NCBI GenBank assembly: GCA_964427405.1
Contig: CAYRUB010000008.1
Span: 31,428 to 95,427, forward strand
Reading direction: 5' to 3'
From: an uncultured Planctomycetales bacterium
GTDB lineage: Bacteria; Omnitrophota; Gorgyraeia; Gygaellales; Profunditerraquicolaceae
DNA length: 64,000 bases
A model generated the notes under the pieces. It was not told the origin of the DNA and did no database searches. It was given only the letters and a program-made list of their open reading frames with translations. Each line of letters starts with the position of its first letter. Within the stretch, counting starts at the first letter, position 1. A program made the translations under genes and the position numbers. Shown here in pieces: positions 36,771-45,919 of this stretch.

Positions 36771-39700
36771 TTATTTGCCTTCTTTAACATCACACCTTAA
36801 GCATCTGCTTGCTTCAAAGCGGGCTTGTTTTAGTGATAACCCTAAAGAAACTTCCTTAAAATTATTCCGCCGTTTATTTATTTCCAGCTTTTCGCCATCT
36901 AATTTCTTTGACACCTTTGGTTCTAAGGGAACTTCAGATTTATAAGTAAATTGACGGAATAATTCGGAAAATCTTTCTCTTGAGCTTAACGCCAGGTCAA
37001 TTATCCTGGCAGCTTTCTTACCGTCAGACATTGCCTCAACTGCAGTCGCCGGCCCCATAGCTAAATCGCCGCCGGCATAAACCTTATCCAAGTTGGTTTT
37101 TAAATCAAACCTGCCTGCCTTAACTGTCCCATTCTGGTTAATCAGAATGCCACAACTCTTAATAAATCCTGCGTCTACCTTTTCTCCGATTGCTAGAATT
37201 ACAGTATCGCAAGGAATTTCAAAAACCTCATCAGTAGCTACAGGCCTTCTCCTTCCGGAAAGATCATAATCTCCTAATGTCATCCTGGTTACGATTAAAC
37301 CTTCCAATCTGCCGCGGGAATCCCCCTGTATGGTTTTAGGGCTGGCTAAAAATATAAACTTAACACCTTCAGATTCGGCCCCTTTAATCTCATCTTTATT
37401 TGCCGGCATATCTGCTTTTTCCCGCCGGTAAACAATGGTCACCTCGCTGCCGAACCTCAAGGCTGTGCGTGCGGCATCCACTGCGACATTACCGGCGCCA
37501 ATAACTACTGTCCTTTTACCGATAAGCGGATCCCTGCCGACTGCCACATCCCCCAGAAAAGCAGTGCCTGATAATACTCCTTTTAAACTTTCTCCCGGAA
37601 TACCCAAACCCATATTTTTATACGCCCCGGTTGCCAACAATACCGCATCCGACTCTTTAATCTTTTTATCTAATTCCTGTGCGCTGATTTTTTTGTTGCA
37701 TAAAATCTTTGCCCCCATCTTTTGCACAAAAGCAATTTCTTTTCTTAATACTGCCTTGGGAAGACGATATTCGGGAATACCATAACGCAAAACCCCGCCG
37801 GCTTCAGGATTAGCTTCATACACGCTCACATCATGGCCAAGCCGGCTAAGATAAAATGCCGCGGTTAAACCGCAGGGGCCTGCACCGATAATAGAAATCT
37901 TCTTGCCGGTCTTTGGCAGCCTTTCTTTGGCTAAGCGCTCAATAATCTTTGCATCTTTGCCGCCTTTATATACCTGATCCGCAATATATCTATGAATTTC
38001 GCCTTGCGAAACCGGATAATCAATATCCTCTCTGCGGCAGCGCATCTTACAATGAAAATGACAAATCCTTCCGCTCGAAGACGGAAAAGGATTATCCCGG
38101 ATAACGCAATCAAAGGCTTCGGCCAATTTGCTTTCTTTAAATAATTCCAGGAATCCCGGGATATTCATATGTAATGGGCAACTATTTTCACAAGGAGAAA
38201 CAAAAAGACCCACACATACCCCGCCGTCACAACGCTGCTCTTTGATATGTTCTTCATATTCGTGCTTAAAATATTTAAGAGTAGTCAGCACGGGATTTGG
38301 ACTGGTTTGCCCTAACCCGCAAAGGGCAGTATCTTTAATCACCGTCCCTAAATCTTCTAAACCCTGAATATCGCCTTGACTGGCTTTACCCTTTGTAATA
38401 TTAGTCAAGATATTTAAGCTTTGGGTCAGGCCTTCCCGGCAAGGCGTACATTTACCACAGGATTCGCTGGTGGTAAACTCCGTAAAATAGCGCGCCACAT
38501 CAACCATGCAATTATCATCATCCATTACCACCATTCCACCAGACCCCATGATCGCCCCCAAAGAGGCCAAGGTTTCATAATCAATCGGAGTATTAAATAA
38601 TGAAGCGGGGATACACCCTCCGGAAGGGCCGCCGCTCTGCACAGCCTTAATTTTTTTATTTGTGCCAGTTCCTGAGCCAATATTATAAATAAGTGTCTGT
38701 AAAGAAGCTCCTAAAGGTAACTCCACCAACCCGGTATTCTTGATCTTACCTACCAGGGAAAAAACTTTAGTTCCAGAGCTATTTTGAGTACCGGTCTGCG
38801 TAAACCAATCAGCGCCTTTTACCATAATAACCGGAATGTTACTCCAGGTTTCCACATTATTAATATTAGTAGGTTTATCCAGATATCCTTTTTGCGCAGG
38901 AAACGGCGGACGGGGATGCGGCCTTCCTGATTTACCCTCAAGCGAAGAAATTAATGCTGTTTCTTCTCCGCAGACAAATGCTCCCGCACCTTCTACCAAT
39001 TTAAGGTCAAAAGAAAAACCGCTATTAAATATATTACCGCCTAATAGGCCAAGCTCGCGGGCATCAGAAATTGCCTTTTTTATCCGCTCTACCGCCAAAG
39101 GATATTCTGCGCGTACATAAATAACACCGCTAGAAGCGCCCATCGCATAAGCGCCGATAATCATCCCCTCTAAAAGCATATGCGGGTCGCTCTCGCTTTC
39201 ATTACGGTTCATATACGCACCGGGATCGCCTTCATCGGCATTACAGATAATATATTTCTCCTCAGCATTCTCTTTGCGCATTAATTCCCATTTTATCCCT
39301 GTAGGAAAACCTGCTCCTCCCCTACCTCTTAGTTTTGATTTCTTCACCTCTGCAATTACAGCTTCCGGTTTAAGATCTGTTAAAACATTCAGCAAGGCCT
39401 GGTATCCGCCTACAGCAATATACTCTTCTATATCTTCGGGGTTAATCAAACCGCAATCCCTTAAAACAATTTTTTTCTGCCATTTAAAAAACGGGATTTC
39501 ATCCCAAGCGGGTATCTGTTCAAACCCCTTACCGTAAGAAACATGTCCAGTAAGATGATCCCATGTCTCAATTTTACATAAAGCCCTTTTAGGATTAATA
39601 TTACTGCTGGATATCTCCCTAACTATAGAATCTGCGTCTTTAGGCAAGACGCGGCTTAAAATAACTAACGGTTTGCCGGGCAAAGTAATATTAACTAAGG

Positions 39701-39917
39701 GCTCCTGAGCGCAAAAACCAAAACAACCTACTTTAGTTAAGACCGCCGGTACTTTTCGTTTTGCAAGCGCAACTTTAAAAGCCTGGAATAATTCCCGCGC
39801 ACCATTTCCAATACCACAAGTCCCCATGCCGACGGCGATACGCACGCATTTAGATAATAACTTCGCTGATCCTTTTTCTTTAATCAGTCGTAAGTCTTCG
39901 GCATTCCTAATAATCAT
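36771..39917 (-). CDS. fusion: thioredoxin-like Fe-S + NuoF/HydB + GltD/NfnB-like FAD/NADPH domain (1048 aa)
   Basis: GTCGIGNGA; GRGGAGFPTG, ADEGDPGAYM, ESCGKCTPCR; then CENSCP, GRICHFHC, GAGPCGL, GAGNVAVDAAR, YRR, YAGGD, EASRCLRCD. Confidence 0.9.
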   Translation of the reverse strand: MIIRNAEDLRLIKEKGSAKLLSKCVRIAVGMGTCGIGNGARELFQAFKVALAKRKVPAVLTKVGCFGFCAQEPLVNITLPGKPLVILSRVLPKDADSIVREISSSNINPKRALCKIETWDHLTGHVSYGKGFEQIPAWDEIPFFKWQKKIVLRDCGLINPEDIEEYIAVGGYQALLNVLTDLKPEAVIAEVKKSKLRGRGGAGFPTGIKWELMRKENAEEKYIICNADEGDPGAYMNRNESESDPHMLLEGMIIGAYAMGASSGVIYVRAEYPLAVERIKKAISDARELGLLGGNIFNSGFSFDLKLVEGAGAFVCGEETALISSLEGKSGRPHPRPPFPAQKGYLDKPTNINNVETWSNIPVIMVKGADWFTQTGTQNSSGTKVFSLVGKIKNTGLVELPLGASLQTLIYNIGSGTGTNKKIKAVQSGGPSGGCIPASLFNTPIDYETLASLGAIMGSGGMVVMDDDNCMVDVARYFTEFTTSESCGKCTPCREGLTQSLNILTNITKGKASQGDIQGLEDLGTVIKDTALCGLGQTSPNPVLTTLKYFKHEYEEHIKEQRCDGGVCVGLFVSPCENSCPLHMNIPGFLELFKESKLAEAFDCVIRDNPFPSSSGRICHFHCKMRCRREDIDYPVSQGEIHRYIADQVYKGGKDAKIIERLAKERLPKTGKKISIIGAGPCGLTAAFYLSRLGHDVSVYEANPEAGGVLRYGIPEYRLPKAVLRKEIAFVQKMGAKILCNKKISAQELDKKIKESDAVLLATGAYKNMGLGIPGESLKGVLSGTAFLGDVAVGRDPLIGKRTVVIGAGNVAVDAARTALRFGSEVTIVYRREKADMPANKDEIKGAESEGVKFIFLASPKTIQGDSRGRLEGLIVTRMTLGDYDLSGRRRPVATDEVFEIPCDTVILAIGEKVDAGFIKSCGILINQNGTVKAGRFDLKTNLDKVYAGGDLAMGPATAVEAMSDGKKAARIIDLALSSRERFSELFRQFTYKSEVPLEPKVSKKLDGEKLEINKRRNNFKEVSLGLSLKQARFEASRCLRCDVKEGK

Positions 39918-40462
39918 TTCTTGATTCTCCGGGAGTTGATGCCTTTTATAATCTTGCGTATTTTCTCCGTAGTCATGCGGCTATAAATATTTCCGTCTAC
40001 CTCAATTACGGGAGCCAGCGCGCACTGGCCAAAACAGGCTACAGTTTTAATCGTGAACTTATTATCTTTGGTAGTCAGGAACGATTTACCATCCTGGCTA
40101 AAATCATCTTCTTTAAAACCGAATAAGTTGATTAAGAAATCCAGCAGGTTTTTTGATCCCCGGGTGTGACAGGCCGTGCCCCGACAGACAATAATTGAAT
40201 GCTCGCCCTGCGGCCTAAGGTTAAAGAAGGCATAGAAAGTAATAATGTTATATATTCTGGATAAAGGTACCTTGGCTTTCCGGGCTATATATTCTAAATC
40301 GCCCTGAGCAAGATATTTATGCTTATTTAATTTCTGGGCATCCTCTAGTATTCCCAGGAGCCTGCCCGGCCTATCTACGTAAAGAGAGATAATTTTATCC
40401 AACTCTACCCTATCCAAACAAGATTTTGTAATATCTTTTTCTTTTAACGCAACCTTACTCAT
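39914..40462 (-). CDS. hydC: NuoE-like [2Fe-2S] subunit
   Basis: CRGTACHTRG, ACFGQCALAPV. Confidence 0.9.
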   Translation of the reverse strand: MSKVALKEKDITKSCLDRVELDKIISLYVDRPGRLLGILEDAQKLNKHKYLAQGDLEYIARKAKVPLSRIYNIITFYAFFNLRPQGEHSIIVCRGTACHTRGSKNLLDFLINLFGFKEDDFSQDGKSFLTTKDNKFTIKTVACFGQCALAPVIEVDGNIYSRMTTEKIRKIIKGINSRRIKK

Positions 40463-40480
40463 CGTTTCCTTAAAATTATA

Positions 40481-41107
40481 TTATTTAGTCTTCTCCGTTA
40501 CATTAACAAAATAAATAAGATTTTCTAATTCAATCTCCAAATTAACATTATTAATAATACAACCTTCGGCGGCTTTAAGCCTTAGCGGCGCAAAATTAAG
40601 TATGCCTTTAATTCCCGAAGTACAGATTAAATCAACAGCCTGCTGGGCAGCTATATCCGGAACAACTAAAATAGCTATACGTATGCCATTAGATTTTATA
40701 AAAGACTTGACCTCCTCTAAAGGCAGGACCGGAACAGGATTAGAACGATTGATCTTAGCCGGGTCAATATCGAAACCGGCAACAATTTTTATGCCTTCTT
40801 TCTCAAATCCCCGATAGCGCATAAGCGCGCTGCCGATATGTCCGGCACCGACAACAATAACCTTCTGTAACTGATCCTTCCCGAGGATGCTGTTTAATTT
40901 CTCAAGCAGCGAATCAATCTGGTAACCTCCTTTTTTATTTCCGGAGATACCAAAAATTGAAAAATCTTTCCTTACCTGGGAAGCGGTGCCCCCTACGGCG
41001 TCTGCCAGGTTATCTGAGAAAACTTTCACAAAACCCAAGGCTTGTAATCTGTAAAGAGCGTTTTTATATCGGGAAAGCCGAATGATGCAGTTTTTATTAG
41101 TAATCAT
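40481..41107 (-). CDS. rex: redox-sensing transcriptional repressor Rex
   Basis: RLSRY, QVRKDFSIFG, GYQI, VGAGHIG, GILNFAP. Confidence 0.93.
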   Translation of the reverse strand: MITNKNCIIRLSRYKNALYRLQALGFVKVFSDNLADAVGGTASQVRKDFSIFGISGNKKGGYQIDSLLEKLNSILGKDQLQKVIVVGAGHIGSALMRYRGFEKEGIKIVAGFDIDPAKINRSNPVPVLPLEEVKSFIKSNGIRIAILVVPDIAAQQAVDLICTSGIKGILNFAPLRLKAAEGCIINNVNLEIELENLIYFVNVTEKTK

Positions 41108-41108
41108 A

Positions 41109-41126
41109 TTGTTCTATTTTTCACAA
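41109..41126. promoter_or_regulatory. Rex operator
   Basis: Minus strand TTGTGAA-AAAT-AGAACAA against consensus TTGTGAA-N4-TTCACAA, immediately before the rex ATG. Confidence 0.65.
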
Positions 41127-41136
41127 TAACAAGACC

Positions 41137-41164
41137 AATATAACATTTCTGGTTTATTTGTCAA
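41137..41164 (-). promoter_or_regulatory. sigma70-type promoter of the rex-hydrogenase operon
   Basis: TTGACA-16 nt (ending TGT)-TATATT. Confidence 0.65.
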
Positions 41165-41187
41165 GAATATTTTTTAATTAAGTGATA

Positions 41188-42459
41188 TTATTTACTCCAA
41201 ACAAACCAAACAAATAAATACGCGGCAAATACTGCGGCAAAAGTAAAAGGAATTCCAATCTTCATAAAATCTTTAAGCCTGACTTCATATCCCTCTTTTT
41301 TAAGCAAGCCGCAAGTAACAATATTAGCCGAAGCGCCAATTGGCGTAATATTGCCTCCTAAACTTGCGCCGATAAGTATGCCAAAAAGAAACAATGGAGG
41401 GTTTACATTCAATTTATTAGCCATCTGGATTGCAACAGGTAACATAGCTGCTAAAAAAGGAACATTGTCCACAAACGCAGAGATAATGACTGAAATAAAT
41501 ACAAGTAACGTATAACCAAAGAAAATATTCCCCCCAATTACATTAGATAAGCATTGGGCGATGCTATCTACCCATCCGGTTAAAACAAGGCTTCCAACCA
41601 GAATAAATATTCCCATAAGAAATAACGTTGTATCCCAATCCAGCGATTTTATCAGTTCAAATACGCTCCTCTTATTCGCCATCTTCTCCCATATTGCTGA
41701 GATAACCCCCATAACCATACAAATAATCCCAGCCGCAGATGTGAAACCAGTATCAAAAAATGAGGAAACAGCAAGCAAAATTATCAATAGAACAAGCAAA
41801 ACAGTTGGGGTCCATGATTGCACCTTTTCTACAGGAACAACTTTAACCTTATGCCTCTCTTTCCGGAACAAAAACATCAAAACAAAAAATGAAGCAAGGG
41901 CGCCCAATTCAACCGCGAAAAATATGCTCGGTTTCCCTCTATAAAGAAAAAAATCACCGAAATTCATTTTCGTAAAACCTGCTAAAAGCATACTGGGAGG
42001 ATCTCCGATTAAAGTTGCCATACCTTGCAGATTACTTGATATTGCAATTGCAATCATCATTTTCATTGGATTAAGATTTATTTTACGGGCAAGCATTAAA
42101 GCAATAGGGGCAATGATAAGAACCGTTGCTACATTCTCCACAAAAGCAGAGATAAAACCAGTAAGGGCGCACAAAAGTAAAATTGCCCAAGCAGTATTCT
42201 TGGATTTATCAACAATAATCTCAGCAATAACCGCAGGCACTTTACTCCTCATAAAAACATCCGCCACGGCTAATGTCCCCACAAAAATCCCCATCACGTT
42301 CCAATTCACGGAGCCAAAAGCCTCAGGAAATGACAACACCCGGGTCATCAAAAGCAGGCCGGTTGCAATTATCGCAAACAGGGACCTTTTTCCAGGGAAC
42401 GCCACGAACAAAATATAGGCCAAAACAAAAAAGATAAACGCAATAATACTTCTATCCAT
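41188..42459 (-). CDS. ArsB/NhaD/CitMHS (IT superfamily) ion permease
   Basis: SAFVENVAT, ATLIGDPP, SAFVDNVPF, LGGNITPIGASAN; many TM helices. Confidence 0.85.
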   Translation of the reverse strand: MDRSIIAFIFFVLAYILFVAFPGKRSLFAIIATGLLLMTRVLSFPEAFGSVNWNVMGIFVGTLAVADVFMRSKVPAVIAEIIVDKSKNTAWAILLLCALTGFISAFVENVATVLIIAPIALMLARKINLNPMKMMIAIAISSNLQGMATLIGDPPSMLLAGFTKMNFGDFFLYRGKPSIFFAVELGALASFFVLMFLFRKERHKVKVVPVEKVQSWTPTVLLVLLIILLAVSSFFDTGFTSAAGIICMVMGVISAIWEKMANKRSVFELIKSLDWDTTLFLMGIFILVGSLVLTGWVDSIAQCLSNVIGGNIFFGYTLLVFISVIISAFVDNVPFLAAMLPVAIQMANKLNVNPPLFLFGILIGASLGGNITPIGASANIVTCGLLKKEGYEVRLKDFMKIGIPFTFAAVFAAYLFVWFVWSK

Positions 42460-42461
42460 TC

Positions 42462-42605
42462 CTATTTATTAACTTTATCCGAAGATTGAGTTTTATTTTC
42501 TTCTTTTCCGCCTTGATTACTTTTAACGATCATAAAAATGAAAAAAAATATTACTGCTGCCCCGAGAACATACACGGGCCAATCCTGCGCTAGATTACCT
42601 GTCAT
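42462..42605 (-). CDS. membrane microprotein 5 (47 aa) MTGNLAQDWPVYVLGAAVIFFFIFMIVKSNQGGKEENKTQSSDKVNK
   Basis: Manual translation; RBS AGGGAGG; one TM segment; paralog of microprotein 4. Confidence 0.75.
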   Translation of the reverse strand: MTGNLAQDWPVYVLGAAVIFFFIFMIVKSNQGGKEENKTQSSDKVNK

Positions 42606-42631
42606 CTTAGAATCCTCCCTTTCTTATTTTA

Positions 42632-42727
42632 TCAACGATTCCATTCCCTAATCAAATAAATAATACAAAATATGCCTACGCCTAAAAACACATAAATGGT
42701 CCAACCCTGCCATACGCTTCCGGTCAT
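42632..42727 (-). CDS. membrane microprotein 4 (31 aa) MTGSVWQGWTIYVFLGVGIFCIIYLIREWNR
   Basis: Manual translation; RBS AGGGGAG; one TM segment. Confidence 0.72.
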   Translation of the reverse strand: MTGSVWQGWTIYVFLGVGIFCIIYLIREWNR

Positions 42728-42755
42728 TCCAACTCCCCTTCCTTCTTTACTTTAT

Positions 42756-42866
42756 TTAGTCTTGCTTCTTGATTTTGGCTTTTCTAGTATTTATAAAATA
42801 AAAAAACACCGAAAACAAAATTGCCAATAACAATACTCCCAGATTTTGCAATACATGAAGCCACAT
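42756..42866 (-). CDS. membrane microprotein 3 (36 aa) MWLHVLQNLGVLLLAILFSVFFYFINTRKAKIKKQD
   Basis: Manual translation; RBS AGGAGG overlapping the previous stop; TM plus basic tail. Confidence 0.72.
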   Translation of the reverse strand: MWLHVLQNLGVLLLAILFSVFFYFINTRKAKIKKQD

Positions 42867-42874
42867 GAAGCCTC

Positions 42875-43009
42875 CTATTTTTTAAGCCGTTTTAATACCT
42901 GAGAATCACCGCTTATGCCTTCTTTAAATATCCTGCTATAACAAAAAACTAGCATGCTCAAGATAAACGTCCAGGAAATTATCATAAATATCCAGCCGCT
43001 CAACCTCAA
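42875..43009 (-). CDS. membrane microprotein 2 (44 aa) MRLSGWIFMIISWTFILSMLVFCYSRIFKEGISGDSQVLKRLKK
   Basis: Manual translation; TTG start after TAAGGGGTG; TM plus basic tail. Confidence 0.7.
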   Translation of the reverse strand: MRLSGWIFMIISWTFILSMLVFCYSRIFKEGISGDSQVLKRLKK

Positions 43010-43019
43010 TCCACACCCC

Positions 43020-43118
43020 TTATCTAATGTTATGAGTAATCGCAAAAATCACACACAAAACCCCTACCAAAATACAAACTCCGAATATAATAAATATAAT
43101 CCGCATTCCTTTATCCAT
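43020..43118 (-). CDS. membrane microprotein 1 (32 aa) MDKGMRIIFIIFGVCILVGVLCVIFAITHNIR
   Basis: Manual translation; RBS AGGAGG; one TM segment. Confidence 0.72.
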   Translation of the reverse strand: MDKGMRIIFIIFGVCILVGVLCVIFAITHNIR

Positions 43119-43134
43119 TCTTCCTCCTGGCAAT

Positions 43135-43216
43135 AAAAAAACCATCTCGCATTAACATGCAAGATGGCGGCCCGACCATCTGAATCCTCCGGAAATGCAC
43201 CCGCAGTTCCGAACCC
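43135..43216 (-). ncRNA. Na+/Li+ riboswitch-like leader (nhaA-I/DUF1646-like) with overlapping terminator, copy 2
   Basis: GGGTT-[CGGAA..TTCCG]-GAGGAT..AGATGGTCGGGCCGCCATCT, then terminator CCATCTTGCAT/ATGCGAGATGG-TTTTTT; class assigned from memory of the motif. Confidence 0.7.
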
Positions 43217-43229
43217 TTATCCTAATAAA

Positions 43230-44444
43230 TTAACAGAGATGAACGATATCTTCGGGATAATATAACGAAAGAAATAATAACATATAATCCCGAAGATGGC
43301 GCGTAATCAGAAAGTTATTTTTTATATGCTCCCTTCCATTTGCTCCTAATTTCTTGGCGTATTCCGGACTGCTTAAGAGCTGTTTTATAGCAAAACTGGC
43401 TCCTTCGATTGAATAACAAAGCAAACCTGAATATTTGTGTTTTATTTGCAAAGGAATACCCCCGACATTTGAAGCTACAACAGGCTTTGCTTTCCATAAG
43501 GCCTCTGCGACCGTTAATCCGAATCCTTCCTTAAGGGACTTCTGGACAATTATATCTGCTGCCCTTTGTAAGGCATTGACCTCTATATCATTCTGGGGCA
43601 ATAGTAGAATATGAATATCCTGATCGTTCTTAGCTTTTTCTTGAACTTCCGATAAGACCTTGAATCCTTCCGGATCATCTTCGGCAGTGCCACCGGCCAG
43701 TATCAACTGACAATCAATATATTTTTTCACCTGCAGGTAGGCGTCAATTACACCTAACGGGTCTTTTAAACGATCAAAGCGGGATATTTGAATAAGGATT
43801 GGTTTATCTTTTTTTATATTGTATTTTCTTAAGACCAAGTTTATCGTTTCCTCCGGTAATTCCCTGTTTTTATCGCTTAATGGATCAATGGAAGGAGGAA
43901 TTAAAAATTGCCTAATGGGTAATTTCCGGGAAAAAGCTGGCGCAGAAAATACCGCTGAATCGTACTGAGTGATAAAATCCATAAGAAATCCCCAAACCTT
44001 TTCATTGGGGTCAGATACGTCAACATGACAACGCCAAAGCCATTTATTAATAGTCTTCTTTTTTATCAGTGCTATTGGCTGCGGATCGTGAACAAAGACT
44101 ATGTCTCCATAGGTATCAATATTTTCGATATTCTGCTGGCTTGTTTCCATAAATATCTCAAAATCCCTTTGAGTTATTTCTTCCGCTCTGCCATGCAAAG
44201 CATTATGAAACTTTTTAGTCACTTCAAAAAACTGTTCTCCGCCCTTTATTACGTCCCATTTGGTATCTACTCCCAATTCCCTCAATAGCGGAACCATCCG
44301 GTTTAATATCTCAGCGACTCCGCCACCCACCGGGGTAGAATTTATGTGTTGGACGACCTTGCCTTTTAACCGTTCGCCGAGTAATTTTAAATCATCAATA
44401 ACCGCCTGCCCTACCAAGGGAATATATTCTTCTATTTTTGCCAT
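43230..44444 (-). CDS. treT: trehalose glycosyltransferring synthase (GT4)
   Basis: NSTPVGGGVAEIL, HDPQP, WRCHVD, PSIDPLS, SRFDRLKDP, EGFGLTVAEALWK. Confidence 0.9.
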   Translation of the reverse strand: MAKIEEYIPLVGQAVIDDLKLLGERLKGKVVQHINSTPVGGGVAEILNRMVPLLRELGVDTKWDVIKGGEQFFEVTKKFHNALHGRAEEITQRDFEIFMETSQQNIENIDTYGDIVFVHDPQPIALIKKKTINKWLWRCHVDVSDPNEKVWGFLMDFITQYDSAVFSAPAFSRKLPIRQFLIPPSIDPLSDKNRELPEETINLVLRKYNIKKDKPILIQISRFDRLKDPLGVIDAYLQVKKYIDCQLILAGGTAEDDPEGFKVLSEVQEKAKNDQDIHILLLPQNDIEVNALQRAADIIVQKSLKEGFGLTVAEALWKAKPVVASNVGGIPLQIKHKYSGLLCYSIEGASFAIKQLLSSPEYAKKLGANGREHIKNNFLITRHLRDYMLLFLSLYYPEDIVHLC

Positions 44445-45116
44445 TTAATCAGCTATCCTTCTTGCCACTATTTGGATAATCGTATTTCTTAAATCCTCTA
44501 AAGTACGGGTATAAGGATCAAAACCGGAGATTTCACCGGCTAATTCTTTATCGCCTAAAGAGTTCTCTATCCAATATGAGAAATCATTAGTCGGCTTTTC
44601 AAGACGAAGCCGCGCTTCAAAAATATGAAAATAAATAGAATCAAGGGTAATCTTTTTCAAAACCTCAATAAACTCCTTTAAATCATAAGCAATATAGTTT
44701 GTCGGCAGGATAAAACTGACTGATTTAATAAAATGAAACTCTTCTCCGGGCCTGGCAAATTTCAACTTGGCAAACGGGCTATCCCTTAAATAGTCCTCAA
44801 TGGTTAAAGAAATTTTCTCTCGTAAATCACGAATGGTTGAATATTGCATGGTATCAATACTAACCAATTTTTCCCCAAGTTCATCTTCTCCAAGAACTTC
44901 CATAACCCAATAAGAGAAGTCATTGGGAGGCTCGGGAGAAAGATACTGATGCTGCTGCAGGAATCTATGGGTATGGTGATAAATGCAGGAACCGGGGACT
45001 TCCTTAATCAGAGCCAAAAGCTGGCCTAAGGTGGTGGCCCGCAATCCGGTCAACTCCGATAAGTGCAATCTCGTACAAAATTTAAATGGCTCTTTTGCTT
45101 TTGCTAATTTAATCAT
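44445..45116 (-). CDS. DUF5752-like protein (TreT-associated, internally duplicated)
   Basis: Two repeats of the xIY(H/F)H...NDFSYW pattern. Confidence 0.75.
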   Translation of the reverse strand: MIKLAKAKEPFKFCTRLHLSELTGLRATTLGQLLALIKEVPGSCIYHHTHRFLQQHQYLSPEPPNDFSYWVMEVLGEDELGEKLVSIDTMQYSTIRDLREKISLTIEDYLRDSPFAKLKFARPGEEFHFIKSVSFILPTNYIAYDLKEFIEVLKKITLDSIYFHIFEARLRLEKPTNDFSYWIENSLGDKELAGEISGFDPYTRTLEDLRNTIIQIVARRIAD

Positions 45117-45122
45117 GGCTAT

Positions 45123-45917
45123 CTATTTTTTGAATTCAGATATCAAACGTAAAAATTTAATTACCTCTCTGGGGTTCTTTAAATAGTAATTCGCCGCAGA
45201 ATTGCCGGGCTTCCCCACAAAAACAGTCAACCCTCTTCTTTTTAAAACCCTAAAAGCGTCTTCATCAGTTACGTCGTCTCCGATATAAATGGGTAAGACA
45301 TTTCTTTTTCCAAAAATGAATTGCTGTTTTTCTAGAAACCATAAAACAACTCTCCCTTTATCCCATTTAACTGGAGGTTTTATCTCATAAACTTTTTTAC
45401 CGGAATTAACTTTTATTTTGTCGCTCATCATATAGGGATTAGTAACTTCGTAAACAATCTTATCGAATACAGGCATATCCTTTTTACTAACTAAACGGTA
45501 GTGAATACTTAGGGTTAACCCCTTATCTTCAATTAGCGCGCCTTTGATGCCAAAGAACCGCTTCTGTATATTTGTAGCGATGTTTCGTAAAATTGATCTC
45601 AATCGCGGTGAAACCTGGCTTTCAAATTTAATCTTCGGGCCTTCAATCTCTAAGCCGTGATTACCTGCATAAATAATACCATCTACCCCTACTATATTTC
45701 TTATGTCTACCAGCTTCCTACCGCTGATAATACCTATTTTACAATAAAGACTTCCGGACAATTTCTGTAATAATCCTTTTGCATCCTTACGGATAATTGC
45801 CTTACTAGGAGTCTCTACAATAGGCGTTAATGTCCCATCGTAATCCAGCAAAAGTAAAATAAATTTATTGCTCAATAGTTCTTTTATCTTACTAAATTGC
45901 GGGAATAAATATTCCAT
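45123..45917 (-). CDS. otsB: trehalose-6-phosphate phosphatase
   Basis: LDYDGTLTPI, ISGR, AGNHGLE, WDKG, IGDDVTDEDAF. Confidence 0.93.
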   Translation of the reverse strand: MEYLFPQFSKIKELLSNKFILLLLDYDGTLTPIVETPSKAIIRKDAKGLLQKLSGSLYCKIGIISGRKLVDIRNIVGVDGIIYAGNHGLEIEGPKIKFESQVSPRLRSILRNIATNIQKRFFGIKGALIEDKGLTLSIHYRLVSKKDMPVFDKIVYEVTNPYMMSDKIKVNSGKKVYEIKPPVKWDKGRVVLWFLEKQQFIFGKRNVLPIYIGDDVTDEDAFRVLKRRGLTVFVGKPGNSAANYYLKNPREVIKFLRLISEFKK

Positions 45918-45919
45918 AT

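Noticed and set aside
42853-42872. 10-bp tandem duplication ACATGAAGCC x2
   Set aside because: Only two short units; not an array
42954-43136. 60-aa plus-strand Asn/His-rich ORF
   Set aside because: Antisense shadow of the hydrophobic minus-strand microprotein genes, which have clear RBSs
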